DNA of 64,000 nt, from NCBI GenBank assembly GCA_951406725.2, contig OX597839.1, positions 10,726,001 through 10,790,000 on the forward strand. Direction: 5' to 3'. The first letter of the stretch is position 1; the number at the start of each line of letters is the position of its first letter. The DNA is from Octopus vulgaris. Taxonomy: Eukaryota. Positions 1 to 12,113 of this stretch are shown piece by piece. The position numbers and the translations under genes are program-made. The notes under the pieces were generated by a model. The model saw only the letters and a program-made list of their open reading frames with translations. It had not been told where the DNA came from and did no database searches.

Positions 1-715
1 ACGAGCCGAGTGATCCCCCGTCCAAACACTTTATTGACACTTTATCGGTTCTGCCAATTCACTACTCTCGACTCGTTAAATATTGCTGCAGAAAATTTCT
101 GATGCTGCAATATTGATATCATGAGATATTTCTGACGAGTTAGCTCAACAATGTAGATGTCAGCGCAAAAATATTTTAAGACCTATTGAAAGTCTAAATC
201 TAAAAGAAAGGAAAATTTGCAAGGTAGGAAGGCCAGAACTTGGGGAAACTGATTTCTGAAGTAACACAATTCAAAATATGATGGCGTCCGACACAGAAGC
301 GTAGAAAATTCAAGATAAAAGATCTAACTTTTGATTCTTTGTCGTGTTAACATTTGGTTGTAGTGTTGGGTGGCTTGGCTACAAATGAGCTTAAAGGAAA
401 ATCTGCTTTTGAATTGCTTTATTTTTCATCGGAAGAAACATTTTCTGATTTTGGCATCAACAGCGTGATAAATTTAGCCGGGAAATACAAAGAGATCATG
501 GACTTTGATACGAAATACATCCCTGAGCTTATTGTATGTCAATATAATTGACTTCAAATATTTAATAGTTCAAACAGTTAAAATACTTTCATTGAAATTA
601 TTTTTTAAAATGGTGGCCTACCATATGGAAAATGTTGCTCCTTTTAATGTAATCACTCTGCTTCTTGGCATACGTTCAGCTATTCAAGCAAATGTTGATT
701 GTGATGCCTGATTCA
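1..715 (+). pseudogene. possible highly decayed hAT-like transposase fragment
   Basis: Broken frames read NELKGKSAF...INLAGKYKEIMDFDTKYIPEL and ...PFNVITLL, loosely like a hAT C-terminal region; many stops and frameshifts. Confidence 0.3.
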
Positions 716-723
716 ATCTAGTG

Positions 724-820
724 CAGTGCCTCTCAATTATTTTCCACCTATGGACCCCTTTCATTCCTATTTTACTCGGATGAATTCCCATAGCCATTTG
801 TTTTTTTTTAAAGTCCTGTT
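724..820 (+). mobile_element. hAT-Charlie-like element, 5' end only
   Basis: Starts CAGTGCCTCTCAA (Charlie-type TIR) followed by ATGGACCCC; similar to the element end at 24079. Confidence 0.5.
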
Positions 821-823
821 ATA

Positions 824-1007
824 GGCGCAGGTGTGGTTGTGTGGTAAGAAGCTTGCTTCCCAACCAGATGATTCTGGGTTCGAGTCCATGCAGTGGGACA
901 AGTATCTTCTGCTATAGCCTCAAGTCGACCAAAGCCTTATGAGTGGATTTGGTAGAGGAAAACTGAAAGAAGCTTGTCGTATTCGGCAAATGAGACCAAT
1001 AGAATAA
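824..1007 (+). mobile_element. tRNA-derived SINE family A, internally deleted
   Basis: Head GGCGCAGGTGTGGTTGTGTGGTAAG with A/B-box-like motifs, then GGATTTGGTAGA.GGAAACTGAAAGAAG shared with >10 copies in the window. Confidence 0.85.
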
Positions 1008-1009
1008 TG

Positions 1010-1358
1010 ACACAGGAACATGTGGCATACATCAAAATGAAGCCGTTTGCCTCTTAAACCCTCTTTCATGGGGCCAAACAGATCATAGTCCAGTGACGAT
1101 GATAGTCCATTGGCGAGGAAGTGAGAACTGTAGTGAAGAAGTGGCCCAAAGAAGAGTCAACAGACTTTTACGGGGCAGGGGTACATGCTTTCATTCGAAG
1201 GTGGAATATTGCTAATTGAGAGAAACAGTGACTATGTTGAGAAGTAGGGATGCGATCCACAGAGGACCAGCTTCATTTTGATGTATGATACATGTCCCTG
1301 TGTTGGTAATTATACCTGTCCAAAACAAAATGGCATTACTTTTTGACTCACCCTCGTA
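1010..1358 (+). mobile_element. Tc1/mariner derivative (transposase C-terminus plus TIR), fold-back structure
   Basis: EEVRTVVKKW...FY.AG.HAFIRRWNIA..RNSDYVEK* on +; ends TTTTGACTCACCCTCG followed by TA; DY.LFGPMKEGLRGK segment on - strand. Confidence 0.85.
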
Positions 1359-1793
1359 GTTGCGCTAACGAGTTGTATCGTTCATATAAGCATGATGTTC
1401 TGCTGATCTGATAAGCTAGCTTGCTTTATCGGCATTGATTTGTGAATGTAAAATTGTATAATACGCAGCAATATACGTATTGTATAATATGCAGCACTAA
1501 TATGCATATTAGTGCAGAGAAGTATACATAATTCATTATACACTTATATTATTATGTCCATGGAAAAGGCTGTGAAACGGCTGTAATCCTAAGAGTATCA
1601 AGTGATTAAATAAATATATTCATTTCTTATACCTCTTGATGTTTGTACCTTAAATAATCCTTATGAAATAAGGATCTCCTGAAACTCTGCATTATACGCC
1701 TCTTTTGGATTACATTGTGATCTGTTAGCCGAGTCCGCTAGAGGAGCTTTCTGTGCCAACAACATGAGTCTATAAATCCATATATTATGCTAC

Positions 1794-1795
<2 letters not shown>

Positions 1796-1841
<46 letters not shown>

Positions 1842-1915
1842 ATGTTCGCGTGTATGTCTATATGTGTGCGTATGAATGTGTATATACGTGTATGCGTGTT
1901 TATGTGTGTGTGTTA
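1796..1915. repeat. (GT)n microsatellite
   Basis: Direct reading. Confidence 0.95.
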
Positions 1916-2419
1916 CCATTTACATAAGTTAACATCATTCAAAGCTGCAAGTTCTTTCAACTCAAGTTGAAGTGGTTTAAAAAAAAATATTCGATAATAA
2001 AAAAAAAATAACAAAAACAAAAACACTAAACAAAAATAAAACGAATATTAATGCAGACGACATTGAAATATCATAAATAATCGAACATAAATCGAATTCC
2101 AATAATGTTGATCAAAGACAACATACATAATTCAACGCTACTTCTTTAATAACGGTAGTGTGGTTGTTTAGTATGCACCACGTCAGCTTTTAAGTCGTTC
2201 CGACCGTGACTGTTCCATCAGTTTCTCATGTATTACACAGTATCTAGGCCTACATTATTCAATGTGTGTGTGTTGTTCTTGTCTTTGTCTTTTGTTTGTT
2301 TGTTTTTTTTAATCGTGCTTGGAGGGGGGAGATGTTTTTGTTTGGTGCTAAGAGATATATGAGGGAGATTGAAGTGTCATTTCTAGCAGTTCGATTGAAA
2401 GCGTAAAGGCTCCCTCGTT

Positions 2420-2985
2420 AGTATACACATATACACACACACACATGTATATGTACATACAGCACAGACAGACAGATGTACATACACACACACACATACA
2501 CACACGCATATATACATACATATATATATACACATATATATACATATATATATATACATATATATATATGTATACACATATATATACATATATATATATA
2601 TATACATGTATATATATATATACAGACAGGTTTACATACATATGTATGTACATAAATACACACATATATACATACGTATGTACATACACACATACATACA
2701 TACATACATACATACATACGTATGTACATAAATACACACATACACACATACATACATATATACATACATACATACATACATACGTATGTACATAAATACA
2801 CACATACACACATGTATACATACATACACACACATGCATACATACATAATGCATACATACATACATACATGCATACATACATACATACATACATACATAC
2901 ATACATACATACATACATACATACATACATACATACATACATACATACATACATACATACATACATACATACATGCGTGCATGCA
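2420..2985. repeat. compound (TA)n/(CA)n/(TACA)n microsatellite
   Basis: Direct reading; source of the MYVC/YIHT pseudo-ORFs. Confidence 0.95.
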
Positions 2986-3689
2986 TGGACAGACGGTGAT
3001 TTAAAAAGTCACTTTAGCATAAATATAAACTGGCTTTCAAACTGAGATCACCTCCCACTTCCCGCCACATTACCACAGCTTTCACTCGTCTCCCCACTTC
3101 CTTTATTGACCCTCCCTCCCCGGTTTAATGTATTTAGCTTTCAGCTTTATAGGTTTAATCTGGGGAAAGTAAACTGCAGACTAACTGTATTAAATTTATC
3201 TTAAGAGTTTCTAAAGTACGTTGTTTGAGCATAAAATATTAATTATTTAATCCTGCCATCGAGAAATTCATGATATACAAAATTGTCTAGCCATTTAATT
3301 TACTTCCTTGTTTGTGTTTAATTTAAATAGCGATTGCTATTAAGGTCTCTTTGTAGGCAATAAAATGTGTGACCGACAAACTATGAAATATGTTAGGATA
3401 GTCTCATATTTAGATTTGCTTACTTTCCACACTATAAGGTGCTATAAACCGTCGATTGCCACCGGTCACAACTCCGGGAAACAGTGAAAAGATTTCCAAG
3501 AGCCGTTCAGAGAATATGCGCTCTCTCACTTGCTGATAACGAGCAAAGTCACCAAATAATTTTATGATAATAAAAAGGAAATGAAAAGGGTACGGGAATG
3601 GCACATTGTAGACGACATCAGTAAGGACAAGTAACGGAAAAGTTACCTCTCTTAAAAATAATCAAATATTTTGAGAGAAGTCAGGTAAA

Positions 3690-3890
3690 TAGCGTGAGGA
3701 AGCAATCTTCCTCGAAGTTGCATTGAAATTGCACAAGAAACAAAGAACTGCTAGATGACTTATAGGATTTACCCTACCATTTAGAGACAAACTCTACAGA
3801 TGAACGAGGAGGGGGTCTCCAATTAAGTGAAGCCGGCAAAAGAATTTTCACAAAAACCGAAAACATTTCCACGAAAACATTTCCATGACA
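3690..3890 (+). pseudogene. possible L1/Tx1 LINE ORF2 C-terminal remnant
   Basis: CTACCATTTAGAGACAAACTCTACAGA reads LPFRDKLYR, resembling the zf-RVT region of Tx1/L1; flanks decayed. Confidence 0.25.
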
Positions 3891-4081
3891 TTACGTAAGT
3901 CCTCACCAAGAAGGGATCTTTTCTTGATGAGCCGACCCTCAAAATTGCTTTTGGGTATTTATGAAACGAGTATTTAAATCAATTCGGAGTCCAGAAAAGA
4001 GATGAAGATGGGGATTAGAGATGCAAGATCCTTGATCTGACCTACTTAAAAATTTTCATTCATGTAACTGAGTTCCGTGAA

Positions 4082-4376
4082 GGCACATGGCCTAGTGGTT
4101 AGGGCAGCGGACTCGCGGTCAAGGGATCGTGGGTTCGAATGTCAGACCGGGCGATGTGTGTATTTATGAGCGAAACACCTAAGCTCCATGCGGCTCAGGT
4201 GGAAAGTAATGGCGAACTTCTGCTGACTCTTTCACCACAACTTACACTCTTTCCTCCTAAATCTTGCAGCTCACCTGCGACGGATCGGCGTCCCGTCCAG
4301 GTGGGGAACCTATACGCCAAGGAAACCGGGAAACCGGCCCTATGAGCCAGGCAATGGCTTGAAAAGGAACAAACAA
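4082..4376 (+). mobile_element. tRNA-derived SINE family C
   Basis: tRNA-like head GGCACATGGCCTAGTGGTTAGGGCAGCGGACTCGCGGTC...GGTTCGAAT; body TGCGACGGATCGGCGTCCCGTCCAGG (V-domain-like); AACA tail; second copy at 18795-19083. Confidence 0.85.
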
Positions 4377-4568
4377 CTGAGTTCCTTATCTGTATTTAAT
4401 TCATATCATGTTTTGATTATCGCATGATCTGTACAATGTCATAGTTATTCAGTGTTATCATCTTACTTCCAAATATGTACTGTGCATATCGTCAATCCGC
4501 TTCTGCTATGTTTTATATAACATTGTCTTGTCCTTTCCCACATCGTCTTCTTAACACCCATATTTTAA

Positions 4569-4952
4569 TCTATATATATAAAGCTGAAGTTGTCTGTGTG
4601 TGGCAGGTTTTGTATCCTTCAACTAACACTATCTCCTCCGAGACCCTGCGGCGCAAGTTGACCAAAATTGAGAGTATAATAGAAGAAGGCTTGCTCTTCA
4701 CTCCATAGAAGAAAAAATTCAAATCGGACCATGTTAAGACCAAAAATTATTTACATCAAAAAGGTTCTTTTTTACTATGAAAATCCCTATTTTTTACGAT
4801 TTTTTTACTGCTGTGTCACCATTTTTCGGTGTATTTCAACCAGGAAAATTTTAACTTAAAGCTACGTAATGCACAATTTTTACTTTTCAAAAATTCCAAT
4901 TCTAAAGGGTTGAAAAGAAAACAACCCGAGCAACGCCGGGCGATACTGCTAG
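4569..4952 (+). mobile_element. non-autonomous Helitron
   Basis: 5' TC after an A; 3' hairpin CCCGAGCAACGCCGGG then CTAG followed by T; no TSD; two more near-identical copies. Confidence 0.9.
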
Positions 4953-5571
4953 TATCTGTATATGTATTTATCTATACATTATTATGTATGCTAGTATGAG
5001 CCCTTGTGACTAATAAAGTAACTGTCACTACTACAAGTATTGCTATCATAGTACCCTCTGAAACTGATGGAATTTATTCCAGTCACCTTTCCAGTAATTC
5101 CTGATGTTTTTCCTCTTTAATCTTGCTCCATTTTCTTCTTATATTTCATACTGTCTTCTTTCAGTTATCCATTATACTGTAAGTCTAGTTTCTGTTTCTT
5201 TTTGTGCTTCTAGTTGTCCCTCTAACTGACTTATTTTTGTAAAACTCTTCGTCTTCTTTCGACCTGATATATATTTGCAAAGTTGTCTCTTTATTAGCTC
5301 TTACGCTTTCACTCAAACTCCCTCTTTCATTCTTCTCACTGACTACCCACTTATTCATTATTTATTATTCCTATTCTGTCTCTCATGTATGTGTGTCTAT
5401 CTTTGTCCCTCTCTGTGTGTGTGTCTGTCTGTCTGTGTGTTTGTATCTGTGTGAGTGTGTGGCTGTGCGTGTGTGTGCGTGTGTAACTACGTGTGTTGCT
5501 GTTCCGTACCATTTTACCTCTCGATCAAAATCTTATTCCAGCCCTCACTTCATTTCTCAACAACTCCCATA

Positions 5572-5790
5572 CAGAAACGTTAGCACGCCGGGCGAAATGC
5601 GCAACCGTATTTCGTCTGCCGCTACGTTCTGAGTTCGAATTCTTCCGAGGTCGACTTTGCTTTTCATCCTTTCGGGGTCGATTAAATAAGTACCAGTTAT
5701 GCGCTGGGGTCGATATAATCGACTTAATCCGTATGTCTGTCCTTGTTTGTTCCCTTCTGTGTTTAGCCCCTTGTGGGTAGTAAAGAAATA
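5572..5790 (+). mobile_element. tRNA-derived SINE family B (Nin/Deu-like core)
   Basis: CAGAAACGTTAGCACGCCGGGCGAAATG...GAGGTCGACTTTGC.TTTCATCCTTTCGGGGTCGAT...GTAAAGAAATA. Confidence 0.9.
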
Positions 5791-5944
5791 AGAAACTGCA
5801 TCACTAAACTCACGACAAACCCCTGACTCTCAGCGCTGCTCTTCCTTCTCCCTGTTTTCAATACCGTTACTATAATGGTTTCTACTCCTTCGAACTAACA
5901 ATACGCATGTCACCCCAACATTGGCACGCCCTTAAAACATGTTT

Positions 5945-6290
5945 CCCTCCTCCTCCTCCTCCTCCTCCTCCACTTCCTCCTCTTCCTACTCTTCCCCCTT
6001 CGTCTTCCTCCTCGTCCTCTTCGTCTTCCTCCTCTTCCTCTTCCTCTTCGTCTTCTTCCTCTTCGTCTTCTTCCTCTCCGTCTTCTTCCTCTTCCTTCTC
6101 TTCCTCTTCCTCCTCTTCCTTCTCTCCCTCTTCCTTTTCTTCCTCTTCTTACTCCTCTTCCTCCTTCTTCTCTCCTTCTTCCCTCCTCCTCCTCTTCCTC
6201 ATTTTTCTTCCTCTTCTCCTTTTCCTCCTCCTCCCCTCCTACCTCCTTCTCCTACTACCACCACCACTACCACTACTACTACTACTACTT
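5945..6290. repeat. polypyrimidine (TCC/TCT)n tract ending in (TAC/CAC)n
   Basis: Direct reading. Confidence 0.9.
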
Positions 6291-6429
6291 CCTGCTGGTA
6301 GTGGGGAGGGGGGGCTGGAAATGTCAAGGGAACTGTACTCTTTCTGCTGATTAGGGAATCATTGAAATAAAGGACCATCTCGCGAAACATTTACACGTTA
6401 ACAGAGACAGACATGCAAAAACGCATGCG

Positions 6430-7295
6430 TGGAGGAGATCTCTCGCTCTCTCTCTCTCACACACAGACACACACACATTACTCACACATATGCACTCACT
6501 TATATGCACACACTCACGCACTCGCTCGCATAAACTCCTAGAAACTCGGCAAAGCCAAGAAGCCACAGAAATGCTGGTAGACACAATTAGAGATGGCGTC
6601 ACTCTTTCGCTGTTCTATCAAAACGCCTGTCCTCACAGCAAGCAAACGAAGATGAACACCCACGAGTTGACACAGACATAGAAACACATGCACATACACT
6701 CATATCGATACACACATACACACACACACACACACACACATACACACACACACACACATTCATGTACGAATATAAAAGACACAAAACAGAGAGACGCAGG
6801 AACTTTCGTACACAACGAAACACATATATGAAAACACACACACACACACACACATCCCCCATCTCACACATACGTACACCTGCACTCATACACACACACA
6901 CGCACACACAGTCTCTCTCTCTTTCACACATACGCACACACACACACACACATTCATGTACAGATATAAAAGACACAAAACAGAGAGACACACACATCTC
7001 CCCTTTCACACATACGTACACCTGCACTCGTACACACACACGCACACACTCTCTCTCTCTCTTTCACACACACACACACGTTCGTACACAACGAAACACG
7101 TATATGAACACACACACACACACACACATACCCCCTCTCATACATACACTTGCACTCATACACACACACGCACACACACTCTCTCTTTCACACACACACT
7201 CTCTCTTTCACACACACACACTCTCTCTTTCACACACACACGCTCACACATACGCAGAAACATACGCAGAAACATACATAAAGACACAAAGACAC
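6430..7295. repeat. (CA)n/(CT)n-rich region with ~190-bp internal duplications
   Basis: CATTCATGTAC..ATATAAAAGACACAAAACAGAGAGAC occurs at ~6757 and ~6951; CGTACACAACGAAACAC at ~6807 and ~7083. Confidence 0.85.
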
Positions 7296-7655
7296 AAATT
7301 TTTATGCGCATATATTTAAAATGGCGCCTCAGTTATGAGAAATTTATTTTTCTGTCGTACGCAACATATGCAAAGAGAGATGCATATATTCACAAAGGGA
7401 CAAACACATGTAGACACGTGTAACACATGCATACACAAACGCAATAGACACTGGAAAACAAAATTAAAAGCCAAAAGAACAAACAAACAGACAAACAAAC
7501 ACAACATACCCAGACTCGAAAACAGACCGAACCACACTCAAAAGGATGAACAGACGATGAATAGAAACAACGAAAGAATTACATATTCAAAATGGCGAAT
7601 GTTTCAACAGAAGAAATCAAAACCAACAGATAGTATTTCACTAGTACAGAGAGCG

Positions 7656-8127
7656 TGGTGGTGGTGGTGGTGGTGATGGTGGTGGTGGTGGTGGTGGTGG
7701 TGGTGGTGGTGGATAGTGGTGGTGGTGGTGGTGGTGGTGGTGGTGGTGGTGGTGGTGGTGGTGGTGGTTGTGATAGTGGTGGTGGTGGTAGTAGTATGGT
7801 GATGGTGGTAGTGGTATGGTTGTGGTACTAGTAGTGGTGGTGGTGCTGCTGCTGCAGGTGATGGCCGTAGTGGTATAGTGGTAGTGGTGGTGGTGTTGCT
7901 GCTGGTGATGGTGGTAGTAGTATGGTGGTGGTGATGGTGGTGGTGGTGGTGATGGTGGTGGTGATGGTGGTTGTGGTAGTAGTAGTGGTGGTGGTGCTGC
8001 TACTGCTGCTGCATGTGATGGCCGTAGTGGTATAGTGGTAGTGAAAATGGTGGTGGTGGTGGTGGTAGTGGTAATGCTGCTGGTGATGGTTGTAGTAGTA
8101 TGGTGGTGGTGATGGTGGTAGTGGTAT
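7656..8127. repeat. (GGT)n/(AGT)n trinucleotide tract
   Basis: Direct reading; continues to ~8555 beyond the SINE insertion. Confidence 0.9.
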
Positions 8128-8354
8128 GGCGAGCTGGCAGAAACGTTAGCACGCCGGGCGAAATGCTTAGCGGTATTTCGTCTGCGTTACGTTGTGAGTT
8201 CAAATTCCGCCGAGGTCGACTTTGCCTTTCATCCTTTCGGGGTCGATAAATTAAGTACCAGTTACGCACTGGGGTCGATGTAATCGACTTAATACCTATG
8301 TCTGTCCTTGTTTGTCCCCTCTGTGTTTAGCCCCTTGTGGGTAATAAAGAAATA
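8128..8354 (+). mobile_element. SINE family B, near full length
   Basis: GGCGAGCTGGCAGAAACGTTAGC head to GTAATAAAGAAATA tail. Confidence 0.92.
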
Positions 8355-8842
8355 GGTTGTGGTAGTAGTAGTGGTGGCACTGGTGGTGGCGGTAGCGGTG
8401 ATAGTGGTGGTGCTAGTGTAGGTGGTGGTAGTGGTGACTGTTGGGGTAGTGGCTTCAGCGCTGGTGGTGATGGTGACGGTGTTGTTGTTGTTCGTGGTGG
8501 TTGTGGTAGGACGTTGTCGTTGCCCTTCCTGTTGTTGTTGTTGTCATTGTTGTTGCTATACCGAATGTCGTATTGGTCAGTTTTATTTCCAGTTATTGTT
8601 GTGGTCCATGTCACAGTTAAAATTTTCCCCGTATTTCCTCGTCTTTCTTTGTTGTTGTACGCACATACACATATAGATGTATACAGATATACACATATAT
8701 ACATACATACAATGTATATATAACATATACATGCATATATAGTGTGTGTATAGGAGAGTTTACGAAAAAAAACAAAAGACGAAGATAGGTGGTGTACAAA
8801 ACAAACAGATGTATTAGTATAATGCTCAGGAATAGAAAAAGT

Positions 8843-8878
8843 CTTTTACGTTTCGAGCCTATGCTCTTCTACAGAAAG
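8843..8878 (-). ncRNA. Penelope-type minimal hammerhead ribozyme motif (variant core)
   Basis: Minus strand: CTTT-CTGTAGA-A-GAGC ATAG GCTC-GAAA-C-GTA-AAAG; stems I and II pair perfectly; core has U where CUGANGA has A6. Confidence 0.6.
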
Positions 8879-8969
8879 GGACACAGAAAAAAACAAGGAG
8901 AGAAAAAAATGTGTGTAGTGGCTAACGATCTATCATGGCGGGAATCTAACAAAAAGCCTTTATTAGAAC

Positions 8970-9070
8970 AACAATCGTTTCGGCTTCATATTGCACTGCT
9001 CCCTAGTGTGCGTGGAATGAAGTAGTAACACCTGATGCAACGCACAGTGCAAAAGAGCCTCTTCAGATGA
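8970..9070 (-). ncRNA. hammerhead-like motif with long stem II
   Basis: Minus strand CTGAAGA-GGCT...TTGCACTG...CAGTGCAA...AGCC-GAAACG; stem I weak. Confidence 0.45.
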
Positions 9071-9319
9071 CATAAAGTGCTTCACGAGATTTACATTTCA
9101 ATTTTGCTTCAAGCTATACGGTGAGAGATTCTAGGAGTTCAAGTCCGTTTGTTAAAGTGAGGAAGATTTGGTTAGGAAAAAAGTGACTTCGAAAATTTGC
9201 TGGCCGTTGACTTTGTCAAACATGAAAGCATCTTTTCTTTCTGTGGGTTTTTCAAGCTTTTATATATTTGGAGGGTCAGCTTGTGGATGGAGGTTTAGTA
9301 GTTGCAATGCAGGTGTTAC

Positions 9320-9850
9320 TTAATGGTGGCGGTGGTGATGATGACGGTAATGGTGATGGTAGTGGTGGTAATGATGATGATAATGATGATGATGATGATG
9401 GTGGTGACGGTGGTGATGATATTGACGGTATAGATTGTGATGGTAGTGGTGATGATGATGATGATGATGGTGACGGTGACGGTAGAGATGGTGATGGTGA
9501 CAGTGGTGATGATGATGACCGTAGAGATGGTGATGGTAGTGGTGATGATGATGGTGATGATGATGATGATGATGATGATGGTGAAGGTGGTGATGATGAT
9601 GCCGGTAGAGATGGTGATAGTAGTGGTGATGATGATGGTGATGGTGATGGTGGTAATGATGATGGTGACAGTGGTGATGATGATGACGATAGAGATGGTG
9701 ATGGTAGTGGTGATGATGATGGTGATAATGATGATGATGGTGACGGTGGTGATGATGATGCCGGTAGAGATGGTGATGGTTGTGGTGATGATGATGGTGA
9801 GGAGGAGGAGGAGGAGGAGGAGGAGGAGGAGGGATGAAGATGACGATGGT
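9320..9850. repeat. (GAT/GGT)n compound repeat with (GAG)n end
   Basis: Direct reading; recurring GTAGAGATGGTGAT units show secondary duplication. Confidence 0.9.
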
Positions 9851-10384
9851 TGCGGTGGTTGTGATTGGGATGGGGGGGGTAACCGTGATGATCATGATTT
9901 ATAGGGGGGGGTGAAGAAAAGATGAAGATGGCAGGAAAAACAGGAAGGTCCAAGTTAGGTGAATGCCTGAATTTGATGTCAGTCTTCATTTTTCTTTTTC
10001 TTCTGTTTTTTTTTGTGGGGGGGGGGTTATTAATAGAATTGGTTTATATTTGGTGTAAGAAATAAAAGATGGTTTTCTTTTATTGCTGTTATCTGGAATC
10101 ATTCAAGCATGTCGTTTAGACTCAAGTGAGAGTGAGGTTAAGTCTGTATTTGTATTGAAACATAAATCAAAAACCCCCAACCAGCTTCTGTGGTGGGTGT
10201 TTAAAGGTCACATCGAAACTCATCTGAAATTTAACAAGAATTATTTATTTCGTTATTTCACTTTTTTATTTTTTTTTTGCTTAACTCCTTATTCTTGCAT
10301 ATATATTCAAATAGTCTACAAAGATTTTATTTTTTTTTTTTTTGATTTCGGAACTCGAAGCAGATAAAGTTATAAATCATAGCG

Positions 10385-11110
10385 TATATTGTGGCTATGT
10401 GATAAGGAACTTGCTTCCCAACCTTGTGGTCTTCGGTTCATGCACAGTCATCGCTCGACGCACTGACATTGCCTCGAGAACGAGGAAGCGACCATCATGT
10501 ATGCTTATATCTATATGTGTGTCTTTGTGTTTGTCCTTGACAACAGGTTCTTTGTGTTTGTCCTTGACAACAGGTTCTTTGTGTTTGTCCTTGACAACAG
10601 GTATCTTTGTGCTTGTCCTTGACAACAGGTATCTTTGTGTTTGTCCTTGACAACAGGTATCTTTGTGTTTATCCTTGACAACAGGTATCTTTCTGTTTAT
10701 CCTTGACACCAGGTATCTTTGTGTTTATCCTTGACACCAGGTATCTTTGTGTTTATCCTTGACAACAGGTATCTTTGTGTTTGTCCTTGACAACAGGTAT
10801 TTTTGTGTTTATCCTTGACAACAGGTATCTTTGTGTTTATCCTTGACAACAGGTATCTTTGTGTTTGTCCTTGACAACAGGTATCTTTGTGTTTATCCTT
10901 GACAACAGGTATCTTTGTGTTTGTCCTTGACAACCATCGCTTGATAGCAGGTGTTGTCCCCGTAACTTAGCTGTTCGGTAAAAGGATCCGATAGGATAAG
11001 TACCAGATCTTAAAAAGTAAATACCGGAAAGGATTTTGTTTGACTAAAACCCTCCAAGACGGTGCCCCAGCATGGCCACAGTCCAGTAACTGAAACAAAT
11101 GAAAAATAAA
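10385..11110 (+). mobile_element. diverged SINE family A with internal minisatellite
   Basis: Decayed head GGCTATGTGATAAGGAACTTGCTTCCCAACC and 3' half CCCCGTAACTTAGCTGTTCGG...CCAGCATGGCCACAGTC...GAAACAAAT. Confidence 0.75.
10520..10934 (+). repeat. 27-28 bp minisatellite, ~15 copies
   Basis: Unit TATCTTTGTGTTT(G/A)TCCTTGACAACAGG in tandem. Confidence 0.95.
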
Positions 11111-11353
11111 AACATAGAATACTGTGATAAAATTCCTGCTGAATGGAAAAAGGGTTGAAGGCTGCAAGTCTGTTTTGTCCACAGATGTAGGTTCGTATTC
11201 CACAGGCACCCTTCGACTTATTTTCCTGTCCAGATGATTTTTTAACCCAAATATTCTGTACGCCACACGCGTCTGTATGTGAGTTGTAACGCAGTCGACA
11301 GGAACTTCGAATTTTCGCCAGTGGTGGCTTTATTCTGAATGTGATATGAAAAA

Positions 11354-11368
11354 TAGTAGTAGTAGTGC

Positions 11369-11409
<41 letters not shown>

Positions 11410-11513
11410 CTAGTAGTAGTAGTAGTAGTAGTGGTGGCGGCGGCAGTGGTGGTGGTGGTGGTGGTGGTGGTGGTAGAGGGTAACTAGTTACGGTAGTGGT
11501 GGTAGTGGTAGTG

Positions 11514-11545
<32 letters not shown>

Positions 11546-11650
11546 TGTGGTGGCGGCGGCGGCGGGTGGTGGTGGTGTTAGAGGGTAACTGTAGTTATGG
11601 TAGTGGTGGTAGTTGTCGTCGTATTCGTAGTAGTAGTAGCAGCAGCAGCA
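11354..11650. repeat. (AGT)n/(GGT)n tract
   Basis: Direct reading. Confidence 0.9.
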
Positions 11651-12113
11651 GATACAAGTATATAAATAAAAGTGGATGCTTTGACGGAGGGGATGGAATT
11701 AGTCAAAATGGTTAAAGATCTAGAGAGGGGGGTGGCTCGAGTGATGACAACGAATGGAAGCGTTTATCAATAAACTGTGAGGAGGAAGGAAAGGAAAGAG
11801 GGGAAGAAATCAAGTTTATTGCTAATTGGATAACAATTAATGTTCTTGATATAATACATATCGGAAGGTGTACAGGAAAACTAGATTATTAATAAATAAT
11901 AGATAGATAGATAGATACATACATACATACATACATACATTGCATACACACACAAAATGTCATTAATCAAGAACCTAATTTAATTGTGTCTGAATGAAGG
12001 GTTGATATTTAAAAAAATTTTTGATCATTAACAACCTTCAGTTGATTATTACGAAGAGAGAGTAACTAAGCTCATAATTTAGTCAAGAAGTTTAAAATAA
12101 TTTTAAAATATAA

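Noticed and set aside
2380-2425. Perfect TACTAAC branch point and downstream TAG on the minus strand
   Set aside because: Arises at a microsatellite edge, the pyrimidine tract is weak and no donor or partner exon was found.
2348-3045. MYVC/YIHT repeat ORFs (also at 13.3-13.9 kb and 44.5-45.3 kb)
   Set aside because: Translations of (TACA)n and (TA)n microsatellites.
5907-6350. Pro/Ser-rich 147-aa ORF
   Set aside because: Translation of a polypyrimidine trinucleotide tract.
9268-9989. Asp/Gly-rich, His-rich and Ser/Pro-rich ORFs suggesting a biomineral or structural protein
   Set aside because: Several frames on both strands are open because the DNA is (GAT/GGT)n; no signal peptide or convincing exon structure.
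10520-10934. 28-bp repeat as CRISPR or iteron array
   Set aside because: Head-to-tail units with no spacers, derived from the host SINE.
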